Positions 24,956 to 34,905 of a stretch of DNA of 38,210 nt are shown here, piece after piece (the first letter of the stretch is position 1; each line of letters starts with the position of its first letter). Position numbers and translations under genes: made by a program. This stretch comes from a virus (lineage: Duplodnaviria; Caudoviricetes), in the IMG/VR virus record IMGVR_UViG_3300044728_000098, positions 1 through 38,210 of that record. One strand, 5' to 3'. Under the pieces are notes generated by a model. That model saw only the letters and a list, made by a program, of their open reading frames with translations, had not been told where the DNA came from and made no database searches.

Positions 24956-27900
24956 CTATAGCAGAGGATAATAGACTAAGGTTTGTTGCCAACTTTAATG
25001 CAGCTATTGGCGATAAACATGGTCGTCCTTTGACTTATGTTAATGACAAGCAATTGGCTAGAATCATCAGTGAAAAAGATCGACAGAAATTTTCTCTACA
25101 ACTAGGCAAAAAGTTGAAGGAAACTTCGGCTAAGACAGCTAAGGCACCAAAAGCAGCAAAGGTAGTTCCTGGACCTACATCTGCTGCGGATATTCAGAAA
25201 CTTCTTAAGGGAGAATCTGGAGGAACCCAGAAACTTTCTGGGGGTATTACTCTAGGTGGTTCTCCTTCGGCTCAAGGACCAGAAGAACAGCCAGGAGATA
25301 AAAGTCTCTTGAAAGCTCTTTGGCATAAGATCGACACATCTACGGATAACGTCACAGATATAGCCAAAATTCCCCTCCGTTTAGGCGGAGATGCTGTAAT
25401 GAGAGTTTCAGATGTAATGTCTCGTCCTGACTATGCTCTTGCAGAAGCAATGAGGCGTGGAGTAGAAGCCATTAACAGTGGCTCAAATGTTTGGGATATT
25501 GCTGATGATGTAGGTGAGGGTGCTTTAGGTGGTGTTACAGGAAAGAAGAAAACTGGTTGGGGAAATGTAGCTGAGGAACAACTAGACCCTGATAATAATA
25601 GAACTGGCCTTAGTGAACTTCTTTTTGGAAGAACTGGTAACACTCAAGTAATCAATGGACCTGATGGAAAGCCTAAGATAATTGAACAAGGTGATCCTGA
25701 ATGGGACAAAGATGTTTACAAATGGGATAACCGAATCAAGGGTTTGGCTGGAGATATATTCTTATCGCCTACTTCTCATGGTGGAGCAAAAGCTGGAACT
25801 ACTGTAGGTAGAGAATTAGCTGAAGCAGGTGGTAGATCATTAGGTAAAGGAATTGCAAAAGGAGCAATAGTAACTGGAAAAGATGCATTTAGAGCCGAGG
25901 CTAGAAATGCAATTAAGAAAGTAATGGGTGAAAAAGGAATTGCAGATACTCCACGACTAAGAAGTGGAAGTACTGTTACTAAGAATCTTTCGGATCATTT
26001 AGCTGATGTTGCTGATGAGCAAATTGATAAGATGACCCATGAGCTTCGTAATGGCAAATTGATCGGTGCTGGCAAAAATGAAATGGATGTTGTAGCGCGT
26101 ACAATTGCTGAAGCTCATCGTGCTGATATTGTTAGTCGTGTTCAATCATCCGCAAGGCGATATTCTGAACAACTTGCAAATGGTAAGAAATATTTACCAT
26201 CTGAGCTAAAGAGAATCCGTGAGCGAAACCCAACATTTGGCAAGTGGCTAGATACGGCAGACGAGATTATTAAGGAAGGTGAAGTAACAGCCGACGAACT
26301 CTTTGATGCAACTAATCAGCGCTTCCTTACAAAACTTGATCCTGACATTCGAGATATCTATACTGCAACTAAAAGTAAACTTGATGATGCTTTGATGAAG
26401 GTGCCTACAGTAGAATTCATGGGGAAGAAAATGTATATTCCCTCTTTGAATAAGCTGACGCCTCATATCAAGAGATTGCCAGGCGCAGAAGAAGTTAGTG
26501 TTGCTGTTAATAAAGCTCTCCGTTACTCCTCGCATTTCCCAGGAGATACATCTCATATTGTTCAGAAACGTAGAGTTTCTGAAATGGAACAATTGGATGC
26601 ATATGGTAAAGAACTAGAATCTCTATTTGAGGGCACTACAGCAGAACAACGCAAAGCTATCCATCTAGCTATTGAGGAAGGAACTGAACTTACTGGCGTT
26701 GAGGGAATGATTCAAAAAGAAGTCAAGCGTCGCTACAAAGAAATGTATGATGACGAAGTTGGTCGTGGTGTTAGATCACGTGCTGAAACTCCTGAGGCAG
26801 AGAACTATGTCTTTAATTACTTGAATTCTCTTGGACGTACCCACGGTAAATTGGATGAAGTTTGGCGTAATCCAAAGAAACTACAGGTCAAGCATACTGG
26901 CGGTGTAGGTGAGTTTAATTCTATTACTGCTAAGGCTAGACACTGGAATCCAGAAATAGATGCTGGTAGAGCATTACTTAAGCGTAAGGCTAAGTCAATT
27001 AGAAAAATGTCTAAGGTAGATTTCAAAACTGATTTAGCTACGCAATATGGTATTCGCTCCTTTATTACACCGAAAGCTGCACATGCAGCTGGTATGAAAG
27101 AACTTGATGCAAAAGACTTTGCTCATCTCTACAAGGATTTAAAGCCTGGTGAGAGATTGTACTTGGACAAGAACTTGCATGGTGTGTATGAGAACTACTT
27201 GGGTTTAATGGATAGTAGTTTGAGTAGGAACATCTTCCTTAAGTCTCTTGTTAGTACAACTAAGGCATTCAAGTTACTAAACACTATCTCTTTCCCTGCG
27301 TATCACGTCAAAAACTTTCTCTCTGACATTATGCTTAGCTCTATGGATGGAGTAACTCCAAACAAGTATGGACAAGTCGTAAATGCGTTCATCCATAAGA
27401 ATTCAGCTAAACTAACTGTAGGTGGGGAAAGGATTCCATTTAGTAGAGTTCATCGTTCATATTTAGATAATGCTGCGGGTGGTTATCTAAATACTGAATT
27501 GAACTATGGTAAGACAGGACATATACTTGAACAGACCCCTAGACAAATTGCTAGAGCAGGGGCTAATGTTGTAAGTAAAATAGGTGAGAAACGAGAGAAT
27601 TTTGGTAGACTAACTCACTACTGGCACGCCCTTGATGAGGAAATGACTTTCCAATTGAAGAAAGGTGTTCCTAGAGAACAGGCTTGGAAGAATGCAGAGA
27701 AATCTGCTACAGAACGAGTAAATAAGTATCTGTTTGATTACAACGCCTTGACTCCAACAGAGAGAAACATCCGTGCTTATGGAGTTCCGTTCTATACATT
27801 CGCTCGTAAAGCTGCCCCTATGCTTACGGAAGCAATGTTGATGCATCCTAAGCACTTTGTCATGCCCTTCAAACTACAGAAGGCTTTAGCTCCCTCTGAC

Positions 27901-28494
27901 GAATATCAGAATGACAAACTTCCTTCGTGGGCAAAAGAATTAGGGTATAGTGAAGTAGACCCCGATAGACATATTGGTTTCACTAATCAATTGACGCCTG
28001 GTGGAATGTTGCAAAATATGTTCTCCAAGCCCGCTGCACAACTTAACCCGTTAGGTCAACTTCCCTTTGAGCTTAACTCAGGGAAGGACACTTATTCGGG
28101 TAAGCCGGTGAATAACATTGGAGATTACCTCAAGAACAAGATGAGAGGTGTCTCTACATATCGTTCAATTGAGTCTGATACCAAACCCACTCTTGAAAAG
28201 TGGGCTAATCTCTTTGGTATTCCACTTACTCAAATCACTCCAGTTAGAGAAGGCCAAAGACTGAGTGAGTTGGAACAAGAAGTAACTGATAGATCAACTA
28301 AACTCAACAAAGGTCTTGATGACCTAGGGTTGAAGGTAAGAGTTTCTAAGGGTAAGGTCTATCTTGTTCAACCTAAATCCCCAACCTCATTTGAAATCTC
28401 TCACAACTTACCTCCACGTTATCCTAAGCGGGACAAGGAAGTTATACGTGGGACTTATGACTCATTTGTAGAGATTGAGAAATTACTCAAGTGA
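24952..28494 (+). CDS. Large internal virion / DNA ejection protein
   Basis: 1180 aa, last structural gene; YHVKNFLSD, FDYNALTPTER..VPFYTF and ELNSGKDTYSGKPV resemble large podoviral ejection proteins. Confidence 0.7.
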   Translation: MTIAEDNRLRFVANFNAAIGDKHGRPLTYVNDKQLARIISEKDRQKFSLQLGKKLKETSAKTAKAPKAAKVVPGPTSAADIQKLLKGESGGTQKLSGGITLGGSPSAQGPEEQPGDKSLLKALWHKIDTSTDNVTDIAKIPLRLGGDAVMRVSDVMSRPDYALAEAMRRGVEAINSGSNVWDIADDVGEGALGGVTGKKKTGWGNVAEEQLDPDNNRTGLSELLFGRTGNTQVINGPDGKPKIIEQGDPEWDKDVYKWDNRIKGLAGDIFLSPTSHGGAKAGTTVGRELAEAGGRSLGKGIAKGAIVTGKDAFRAEARNAIKKVMGEKGIADTPRLRSGSTVTKNLSDHLADVADEQIDKMTHELRNGKLIGAGKNEMDVVARTIAEAHRADIVSRVQSSARRYSEQLANGKKYLPSELKRIRERNPTFGKWLDTADEIIKEGEVTADELFDATNQRFLTKLDPDIRDIYTATKSKLDDALMKVPTVEFMGKKMYIPSLNKLTPHIKRLPGAEEVSVAVNKALRYSSHFPGDTSHIVQKRRVSEMEQLDAYGKELESLFEGTTAEQRKAIHLAIEEGTELTGVEGMIQKEVKRRYKEMYDDEVGRGVRSRAETPEAENYVFNYLNSLGRTHGKLDEVWRNPKKLQVKHTGGVGEFNSITAKARHWNPEIDAGRALLKRKAKSIRKMSKVDFKTDLATQYGIRSFITPKAAHAAGMKELDAKDFAHLYKDLKPGERLYLDKNLHGVYENYLGLMDSSLSRNIFLKSLVSTTKAFKLLNTISFPAYHVKNFLSDIMLSSMDGVTPNKYGQVVNAFIHKNSAKLTVGGERIPFSRVHRSYLDNAAGGYLNTELNYGKTGHILEQTPRQIARAGANVVSKIGEKRENFGRLTHYWHALDEEMTFQLKKGVPREQAWKNAEKSATERVNKYLFDYNALTPTERNIRAYGVPFYTFARKAAPMLTEAMLMHPKHFVMPFKLQKALAPSDEYQNDKLPSWAKELGYSEVDPDRHIGFTNQLTPGGMLQNMFSKPAAQLNPLGQLPFELNSGKDTYSGKPVNNIGDYLKNKMRGVSTYRSIESDTKPTLEKWANLFGIPLTQITPVREGQRLSELEQEVTDRSTKLNKGLDDLGLKVRVSKGKVYLVQPKSPTSFEISHNLPPRYPKRDKEVIRGTYDSFVEIEKLLK

Positions 28495-28527
28495 GGATTA
28501 CCACTATCCACCGTTATCAGGTTAAGG

Positions 28528-28539
28528 TATAATGGCGCT
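28528..28539 (+). promoter_or_regulatory. -10 box of a leaderless whiB promoter
   Basis: Perfect TATAAT 6 nt upstream of ATG 28540; no SD. Confidence 0.65.
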
Positions 28540-28956
28540 ATGCGTAAGGCCACCGGGTTTTTTTGTCAGGATAACAGTATTCCAACGGCTATCTTTTTCC
28601 CAAAGAGTTACACGGTAGAAGAATCAGCCCAAGCTATTTACTATTGTAATTTATGCGACCGGAACCAGGATTGCCTCAAAATAGCTCTAGGGTTTAAACT
28701 AAATGAGGGTATATTTGGAGGGTTGAGGCCCCAAGATAGAGACAGGGAACTAGTTAAAGAAGCTTCCCAGGCAGCGCGAGCTTTTGTTTCACAGCGAAAT
28801 ACATTGCGTGAGCAGCAGCGTCTTGAATATGAGTCCCAGGCTTCCCCTTCTTATACTCAATATGAGCAAAACCATACCCCATTGGTTTTATCGTGGGCTG
28901 TTGAAGAACAACCTTCTTCCCCAAGAGGGCCGCTAGAGTTTGAATTGATCCTATGA
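28540..28956 (+). CDS. whiB: WhiB-family Fe-S transcription factor
   Basis: C9...FFP...C36xxC39-x5-C45...AL...GIFGG matches the Wbl signature (usually G[VI]WGG). Confidence 0.88.
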   Translation: MRKATGFFCQDNSIPTAIFFPKSYTVEESAQAIYYCNLCDRNQDCLKIALGFKLNEGIFGGLRPQDRDRELVKEASQAARAFVSQRNTLREQQRLEYESQASPSYTQYEQNHTPLVLSWAVEEQPSSPRGPLEFELIL

Positions 28957-29194
28957 GCTTAGGAGTTTCCATAGGGCTCCAATCAAAACTCCCACCTTTT
29001 GCTTTTCCCGGCCTAACCTTAAAATCCTCAACAATGATGTGATCCGCAGCTTGCAGGAACTCATTATATTCAATTCCAGTCAAATCTTCCGAAGTCCACG
29101 CTTTATCAAGCGTGGCTTTTTTCGTTTCTGGGTTGATGAGAATTACGGCCAGTCCTGTAGTTTTTCCTGGGTCGATTCCTAGTATGTTTATCAC
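28754..29194 (-). CDS. RuvC-like Holliday junction resolvase
   Basis: ILGIDPGKTTGLA, IIVEDF, HIQDAAAHA. Confidence 0.85.
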   Translation of the reverse strand: MINILGIDPGKTTGLAVILINPETKKATLDKAWTSEDLTGIEYNEFLQAADHIIVEDFKVRPGKAKGGSFDWSPMETPKLIGSIQTLAALLGKKVVLQQPTIKPMGYGFAHIEYKKGKPGTHIQDAAAHAMYFAVKQKLALPGKLL

Positions 29195-29403
29195 TTAGGA
29201 TTCCTTATAGCCTCGAAATCACGCAATTGGTCCCCAATTTCCATATACAAAGCTCTAAGACCAGGCAGGCTAAGACTGAATTTAAAATACTCCATTCCCT
29301 CATCAATGATACAAATATCAGTATGGTCCTCATCCTTACAAGATGTGAGTCTACCTTCAATGTGAATCTTTCCTACGTTGATGATGTCAAATTTCTTCTT
29401 CAT
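29191..29403 (-). CDS. Small hypothetical protein
   Basis: 4-bp overlaps with both neighbours. Confidence 0.7.
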   Translation of the reverse strand: MKKKFDIINVGKIHIEGRLTSCKDEDHTDICIIDEGMEYFKFSLSLPGLRALYMEIGDQLRDFEAIRNPK

Positions 29404-31061
29404 GAAAGCCTTTTCGCTTCGGTAGAGAATCGCAATCCAAACATTTCTACAGTCCAGTCACTAAGTAGGCTTTGGGCTTCTTCTAATTGAGATTCTATAC
29501 TACGCTTGCTAGGATCGAGATTGAGCCATACCGCATCATGCACCTGATTTCGCATATCAAAGTTATGCTCTCGAAGTTTGAGCATTCCAACTTTGACGAT
29601 TTGGAAAGAGCCTCCTTGGATACAGGCAGACCATGCAATGTGATATTGCGAACTATGCTGAAAATGTCGATATCGTCCATGCCACATCTTTACCTTTCCG
29701 CCTTGGGCTTGGCAAACTAAAGCCGCTTCTTTGGACTTACGATACATATCAGAATAAGTACGACGAAAATCCGCAACAATAGATTGAGCTTGCTCCACAG
29801 GAATACCCATAGTGTCAGCGAGAGTATCAGCGCCAGAACCATAAGCAAGAGCGAAGTTAATAGTTTTACCTTCTTGCCGTGGGACGCCCAAAGACGAAGC
29901 GGTAAGTTGGTGAATATCTCCCTCTTGTTGAAAAATTTCAAGGGCATTTTGTTGTTTGCCATAAACAGCCCCTAGTCGAAATTCCAAGGTTTTGTAGTCA
30001 AGCTCCCACAATTCGCATCCATCCTCAGGCATGAAAAAACCCTTGATATCCGAATCCCTAGGAATTTGCTGCATGTTAGGGTCGGCACAAGAAAGTCGTC
30101 CTGTAACAGTTCCATGTTGTTTGAATTCAGGATGAAATCGTCCATGTGGAGCCAACCTTAAATATGGTCTGTAGTAGGAAGTGAGTCGCTTTTGTTGTTG
30201 CTTGAATCCACGGAATTCTTTACACCAAGGGTGATCTGTTCGCTCCAGAAATTTAGTATTGATTTGAGGTTTTCTTGTAATCTTTGTGTAGCTAAGAGGC
30301 GTGAGTCCGAGGGTTCCGAACACGTATTCTTCCAGTAAAGACTTCTTTCCAGGGTCAAACCCCAATTTCTTAACGTAGTCATTACACCACTCCTGAGTTT
30401 CTAGTAGCGAAACTTTTACCCTCTCTTTATTGACTCTAATCCCTTTGACTTCCATTTCCTTAAGGAGATACATGAAGTCACGGTCGGTAGCATCATACAG
30501 ATTCTTGTACTCGTCAAATTTGTTCAATAGGTAGTAGAACAGATTCCAAGTAACAATGGCATCCTGTTCGGAGTATTTACCCATAATCTTGACTGGCACA
30601 TGCTCCCATTTGTAAGCATCCATAGCCTTAGCTAGCTTGGTATCTTTGTGAATTCCAAGGTACTTACTTACCAAGTAGTCAAGACTGTAGTTAAACTCAT
30701 TTTCATCTATCAAATGAGCCATAACTAAAGTACAGAATACTTGATTCGCAGGAAGTGTTATCTTCATCTGTTCAAGTACGTCAACGTCCCATTTTGCGTT
30801 GTGAAACACTAATGGTACGTTCGGAAGAACGTCGAAGAACCCGGTAATATCCACACCTGTAGGTTCTTCTGCTCCCCATTCATAATGTTCTACAGGAATG
30901 TAGAATGTTTCTCTGTCAATGCATAATGAGAAGCCCATGCAGTACCGTTCTTCACGAACAATCCAATCCTTGTTCGTTTCAGTATCAATTACAATTGGAT
31001 TCTTAGTTGAAGTTAAGATCAATCGTACCTGATTTAACTGGTTCTGGTCCATTACTATCAC
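29400..31061 (-). CDS. polA: Family A DNA polymerase with 3'-5' exonuclease
   Basis: Exo I IDTET, Exo II FHNAKWD, Exo III YSEQD; TGRLSCADPNMQQIP; motif A DYKTLEFR, motif B KTINFALAYG, motif C VHDAV. Confidence 0.96.
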   Translation of the reverse strand: MIVMDQNQLNQVRLILTSTKNPIVIDTETNKDWIVREERYCMGFSLCIDRETFYIPVEHYEWGAEEPTGVDITGFFDVLPNVPLVFHNAKWDVDVLEQMKITLPANQVFCTLVMAHLIDENEFNYSLDYLVSKYLGIHKDTKLAKAMDAYKWEHVPVKIMGKYSEQDAIVTWNLFYYLLNKFDEYKNLYDATDRDFMYLLKEMEVKGIRVNKERVKVSLLETQEWCNDYVKKLGFDPGKKSLLEEYVFGTLGLTPLSYTKITRKPQINTKFLERTDHPWCKEFRGFKQQQKRLTSYYRPYLRLAPHGRFHPEFKQHGTVTGRLSCADPNMQQIPRDSDIKGFFMPEDGCELWELDYKTLEFRLGAVYGKQQNALEIFQQEGDIHQLTASSLGVPRQEGKTINFALAYGSGADTLADTMGIPVEQAQSIVADFRRTYSDMYRKSKEAALVCQAQGGKVKMWHGRYRHFQHSSQYHIAWSACIQGGSFQIVKVGMLKLREHNFDMRNQVHDAVWLNLDPSKRSIESQLEEAQSLLSDWTVEMFGLRFSTEAKRLS

Positions 31062-32643
31062 TTGTTACCTCCTTTGCCGGTGTAGCTAGCTCAAATGTCA
31101 AGCTAGTGGTTCTGATAAGATTAATGGTTCGTTTTTCAGCGAATCTGGCCTTAAGAAGGTCAAGCTCCAAACCCATTCTTCCATCCTCATGCCAGAGGCT
31201 TGCCACTGTTTCGGAATTCTTTGCAAAGATAAAAGATCCATACAAATCTCCCAATTTTCTGGGCTTCTTATTTGTATCAGATGCTTTTCGATTGTGGTGC
31301 ACGGCAATAATAGCAATGTTGTAGACCTTTCTGATCTTTTTCATCCACTTCATGATCGTTCTAGATTCAGTTTCATTCAGATCATCTGTTGCCAATTCAC
31401 TGATGGAATCTATGATTAGAACGTCGGGATTGATCTTCTTTAACGTCTTTTCAAAGCCTTTCATATCAGAATCTATGTCAGGGGATATGATATACATATT
31501 CTGGTTCCATAGACCCTGTTGTTTGAATACCTGACTCTGATGTTGGAAGATGTACTTGAGTTCTACTACATCCATCTCCAAGGAAAGATATGCTACAACG
31601 TATGGTCGTAATAACTCTAACCCTAGAATCGGCAGCCCTGTAGATAGACGATATGCCCAATCAAATGTTAACTGAGTCTTTCCTACTCCCGGTTGACCTG
31701 ACACTATGAACATACCAGATGTGTGAAGCAAATTAGGAATAACCCACTCCAATTGAACTGCATGTGTTATAATGTCGCTAGGAGAGTAAACTGAAATATA
31801 GCTTGCTCGTTCAACCTTGAATAGGGCAATAGAAGCTATCTCAGATAATCGTCTTAGTTGATCCTCTCGACCTACGAATTTCTTGATTCTGGCATCTACA
31901 ACATAGAGACAGGAAACTATCTCCAAACCACTTAATCCCGCTTCTGCAAGATAGTAGCCTGTAGCCATTAGAAATTCTGAACGATGAGGATGTTTAACAA
32001 TCTCAACGTTCACTTTATGGAGTAGGGATGGATCTAATTTAATTGCACTAACTGGTACCAAACCTTCGTAAGTATAAGTCTCTACAGGCTTTGCTATACT
32101 GGGGGCTGGATCAAAGTCACTTGGTTGATGTAAACCTTCCAAGTGTTTGATAGACTTTACAGGTACGTTGTGTTTGTAGTTGATTGTGTTTGGTGGTCTT
32201 AAAACTTGGGTAGAATCCCACCCACTGGAGTCCGCTTCTAAGTAGTATGTGATGCGTCGATTTATGTCCTCTAATGAGTCCACAGACAGCGCGTCCATCT
32301 GCCAGAAACAATGCAAATGCGTAGAAGTGCTGGTTTGAATAATGGCGTCTGGTTCTGGTAACTTTTGCCAATTGATGTCCTCTTTCCCATCAAATTCAAT
32401 CCATACAACATTTGAATGATCTATAGAGTCCTTACTTACTTTCTTCTCTTTGTAGAGTACCGGACCTATATAGACATCACTCTCCAGACTTTCAGTGATA
32501 ATCCAATCAACTAGTTCAGTTCTTTCTGTGGGCCAAGTAAACCATTGCTGCCTCCATTCTTGGGACGATTTCTTAATGGGCGCATAGACATAGCCTAAAT
32601 CCTCTTTGAAGAGAAAATCTAGATGCCTAATCAGATCTGTCAT
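31003..32643 (-). CDS. Primase-helicase (RepB-like AEP primase plus RecA-like/AAA_25 helicase)
   Basis: VWIEFD, IQTS..HLHCFW, DSTQVLRPPNTINYK; Walker A GQPGVGKT, LSLEM, LIIDS, VHHNRK. Confidence 0.9.
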   Translation of the reverse strand: MTDLIRHLDFLFKEDLGYVYAPIKKSSQEWRQQWFTWPTERTELVDWIITESLESDVYIGPVLYKEKKVSKDSIDHSNVVWIEFDGKEDINWQKLPEPDAIIQTSTSTHLHCFWQMDALSVDSLEDINRRITYYLEADSSGWDSTQVLRPPNTINYKHNVPVKSIKHLEGLHQPSDFDPAPSIAKPVETYTYEGLVPVSAIKLDPSLLHKVNVEIVKHPHRSEFLMATGYYLAEAGLSGLEIVSCLYVVDARIKKFVGREDQLRRLSEIASIALFKVERASYISVYSPSDIITHAVQLEWVIPNLLHTSGMFIVSGQPGVGKTQLTFDWAYRLSTGLPILGLELLRPYVVAYLSLEMDVVELKYIFQHQSQVFKQQGLWNQNMYIISPDIDSDMKGFEKTLKKINPDVLIIDSISELATDDLNETESRTIMKWMKKIRKVYNIAIIAVHHNRKASDTNKKPRKLGDLYGSFIFAKNSETVASLWHEDGRMGLELDLLKARFAEKRTINLIRTTSLTFELATPAKEVTSDSNGPEPVKSGTIDLNFN

Positions 32644-32661
32644 GGCATCTCCCGAATTGCA

Positions 32662-32700
32662 AAGAAAAGGGGAGAGAGCCGTTAGACTCTCTCCCCTTTT
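32662..32700 (-). terminator. Intrinsic (possibly bidirectional) terminator after the SSB gene
   Basis: AAAAGGGGAGAGAG-N8-CTCTCTCCCCTTTT. Confidence 0.85.
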
Positions 32701-32702
32701 AG

Positions 32703-33116
32703 TTAGCTGGTTGCTTCGAAAACGTTTACAACGTTTTGCATCTTATCAGGATCATCGCTACGAGGTTGTGTCGTAATATGTCCGATGACCTTTCGTCCAA
32801 CCAAATCCTTTGGATCAAGCTGAACACTACCTGATAGAGGCGCATCGTAAACGGCCTCAAGGAATTCACGGAGGAAAGCCATTGAAAGATCATTCTCCTT
32901 GTCAAGGTAGAAATACTTCCAGATGTTCTTCTTCTCATCCTCGACGAGCTTCATTGTGATCTTCAGAGAAGGCTTCTTACCTTCCTTCTTTGAAGGATTC
33001 ACTTCTGCGTCAGCGATAATCAGAAGATACTCCCCGTCATCTACCGGGGAATACATTTCCTCCAGAATATCTGCACTCGATCGCTCGGAATCACCCGAGA
33101 AGTCAAGGTCAATCAT
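32703..33116 (-). CDS. Single-stranded DNA-binding protein (DUF669-like)
   Basis: PVDDGEYLLIIADAEV...SKK.GK, DLVGRKV; directly after the Sak4-like ATPase; AAGGAG SD. Confidence 0.75.
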   Translation of the reverse strand: MIDLDFSGDSERSSADILEEMYSPVDDGEYLLIIADAEVNPSKKEGKKPSLKITMKLVEDEKKNIWKYFYLDKENDLSMAFLREFLEAVYDAPLSGSVQLDPKDLVGRKVIGHITTQPRSDDPDKMQNVVNVFEATS

Positions 33117-33142
33117 TTACTTGCTCCTTTGTTTGTTGTTGG

Positions 33143-33868
33143 TTAGATAAGGAAAATTTCGTTGAAGTTTGGGTTTTTGATTGAGGTTTCCTGAATGTCT
33201 AGTCTGTTCTTTGCCTCGATATTCTGGTATGGGTTGACAGTGAGTTTCCTCACCCTTTCTCCCCTGATGTTAGTTTCAACTTCAAGGAAGGCTGCTATGT
33301 TTATCAAACCCATGATTGACTTCTTCAAGGTTGGAGTAATGTCAGGAGTAATCCTGATTACGTTACCTTCCTTGTCAGTATCAATTCGCTCATGGGCAAT
33401 GATAATCACATGAATGTTTGCTTTCTGTAGGAACATGAACATCTCATCAATCTTATTGGTAGAGACTCGATAGTCTCCCCAAAGAGGTAGATAAGGGTCA
33501 CGCTTAAACACTCCAGGCTTTCCAGGTGTTTGAGCATCTTTCCTAAGATCGCTTTGGATTTGATCGTCTTGTGCTCTACCAATCGTATCTATCACGATTG
33601 TTTCATAGGCTTTCTTGCGAACAACCTCACGACAAAATTCGAACATTTCGTCAAAGTTAGTTGGCACAAACAACGGTGTGTTCTGTAGTGCATCAATTCG
33701 TCGGAATGTTTCAGCACTTCTTTCAGTATCTATCCATACTGGATTAGGTGCTGCGGCTGCAAATCTTGTTTTACCCGCACCATAACGTCCGTATAGAAGA
33801 AGTTTGATGAAATACTCAGTGTCCTTGATTTGCTGAACTCGGTCCAGTAGGCCCATCTTTTTCTCCAT
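33143..33868 (-). CDS. Sak4-like (AAA_24) ssDNA-annealing ATPase
   Basis: LLYGRYGAGKT, IDTERS, TIVIDT, IIIAHE, AKNR. Confidence 0.88.
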   Translation of the reverse strand: MEKKMGLLDRVQQIKDTEYFIKLLLYGRYGAGKTRFAAAAPNPVWIDTERSAETFRRIDALQNTPLFVPTNFDEMFEFCREVVRKKAYETIVIDTIGRAQDDQIQSDLRKDAQTPGKPGVFKRDPYLPLWGDYRVSTNKIDEMFMFLQKANIHVIIIAHERIDTDKEGNVIRITPDITPTLKKSIMGLINIAAFLEVETNIRGERVRKLTVNPYQNIEAKNRLDIQETSIKNPNFNEIFLI

Positions 33869-34073
33869 AGGTTAGGTATACTTCATGGACAAAGCATTTA
33901 CCACGCGCACCAACATATTCACTAGTTCGATGATAGCCTTGCTCATCTATAATGAATAACTCCATTGTGGAGTCGTCATCATAGGTCAGTAAAACTGATT
34001 TCAAATTTCGTGTTGTCATTGGCGTGTTTATTGCTCGTTTGGGTTGGCGATTGAAGTCCAGCGTCACGTTCAT
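33816..34073 (-). CDS. Small hypothetical protein
   Basis: Fills the gap between exonuclease and ATPase; start uncertain. Confidence 0.55.
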   Translation of the reverse strand: MNVTLDFNRQPKRAINTPMTTRNLKSVLLTYDDDSTMELFIIDEQGYHRTSEYVGARGKCFVHEVYLTYGEKDGPTGPSSANQGH

Positions 34074-34905
34074 TTACCTTAGTCCTAAAGTGTAGAGATT
34101 TGATCTTCTCGACATTAATTCCACGCGTTTCAGCATGGCATATCTCGAAGAACTGGCAGTTTGGACAGGTAGGACTATAGTTCTTTAGAGGCTGTGTGTC
34201 AAGTATCCTATCAATTTTATCTAGGATGTTCTGCTTGATAACCGAAAGACCTACAGGTGTGTGACGATATCTATGCAAAGCAAACAAGCTACTTGGTGGT
34301 GGCTGTGTTTTACCTTTGTGTAGATATGAGTTAAGGAAACTGACCTCTACATCAAAGATGTTCAATGATACTGCATAGTGGCCTAGTTGATCGTCCAACA
34401 TTACTGATTGACTGGTATGAGTCTTTACATTCGTCCCCGTCTTATGATCCCTAATTCGGATGTTACCTGCACTATCTCGATAGATCAAGTCAATGATTCC
34501 ATGAAGGATCACTTTATGTCCATGAGGAGTAACTACCTCTACATGGAATTCATGTTCTACTTCAAGGACAGTGATTCCTTTATCAATCTGTGGTGATTGG
34601 AAGGTAAAGAACACATACAGTCTAGGCCATACCAATGAGACCAATTCAATGTTCTCAAAATCGGCAGCTAGTAAGTCGTTCTTAACCCTTTGTTCCATCA
34701 TTTTGATTAGGAAATCAGAGCCAGGCTTTGCCCCAGCTTTAACCGCCTGATAGTACACATGCATTAGCTCATGTGCATAATTTCCAAAATCAAAACGACG
34801 TCCAACCCTTAGGGTTCTTTGGATACCTTCCTTATAAGAGTACGCGTGTTCTTGTGCACACTTATCATATACTCTTAATTGGCTAGGGCTGTAGGTATCA
34901 CCCAT
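33979..34905 (-). CDS. PD-(D/E)XK Cas4/RecB-like exonuclease
   Basis: SPSQL...C, FGNYAHELM, EVE, GIIDLI, IRDHKTG, QLGHY, C-terminal CPNCQFFEIC. Confidence 0.9.
   Translation of the reverse strand: MGDTYSPSQLRVYDKCAQEHAYSYKEGIQRTLRVGRRFDFGNYAHELMHVYYQAVKAGAKPGSDFLIKMMEQRVKNDLLAADFENIELVSLVWPRLYVFFTFQSPQIDKGITVLEVEHEFHVEVVTPHGHKVILHGIIDLIYRDSAGNIRIRDHKTGTNVKTHTSQSVMLDDQLGHYAVSLNIFDVEVSFLNSYLHKGKTQPPPSSLFALHRYRHTPVGLSVIKQNILDKIDRILDTQPLKNYSPTCPNCQFFEICHAETRGINVEKIKSLHFRTKVNERDAGLQSPTQTSNKHANDNTKFEISFTDL

Noticed and set aside
29400-31061. DpoZ or modified-base system
   Set aside because: No purZ, dATPase or other nucleotide-modification gene recognised in a seemingly complete genome.
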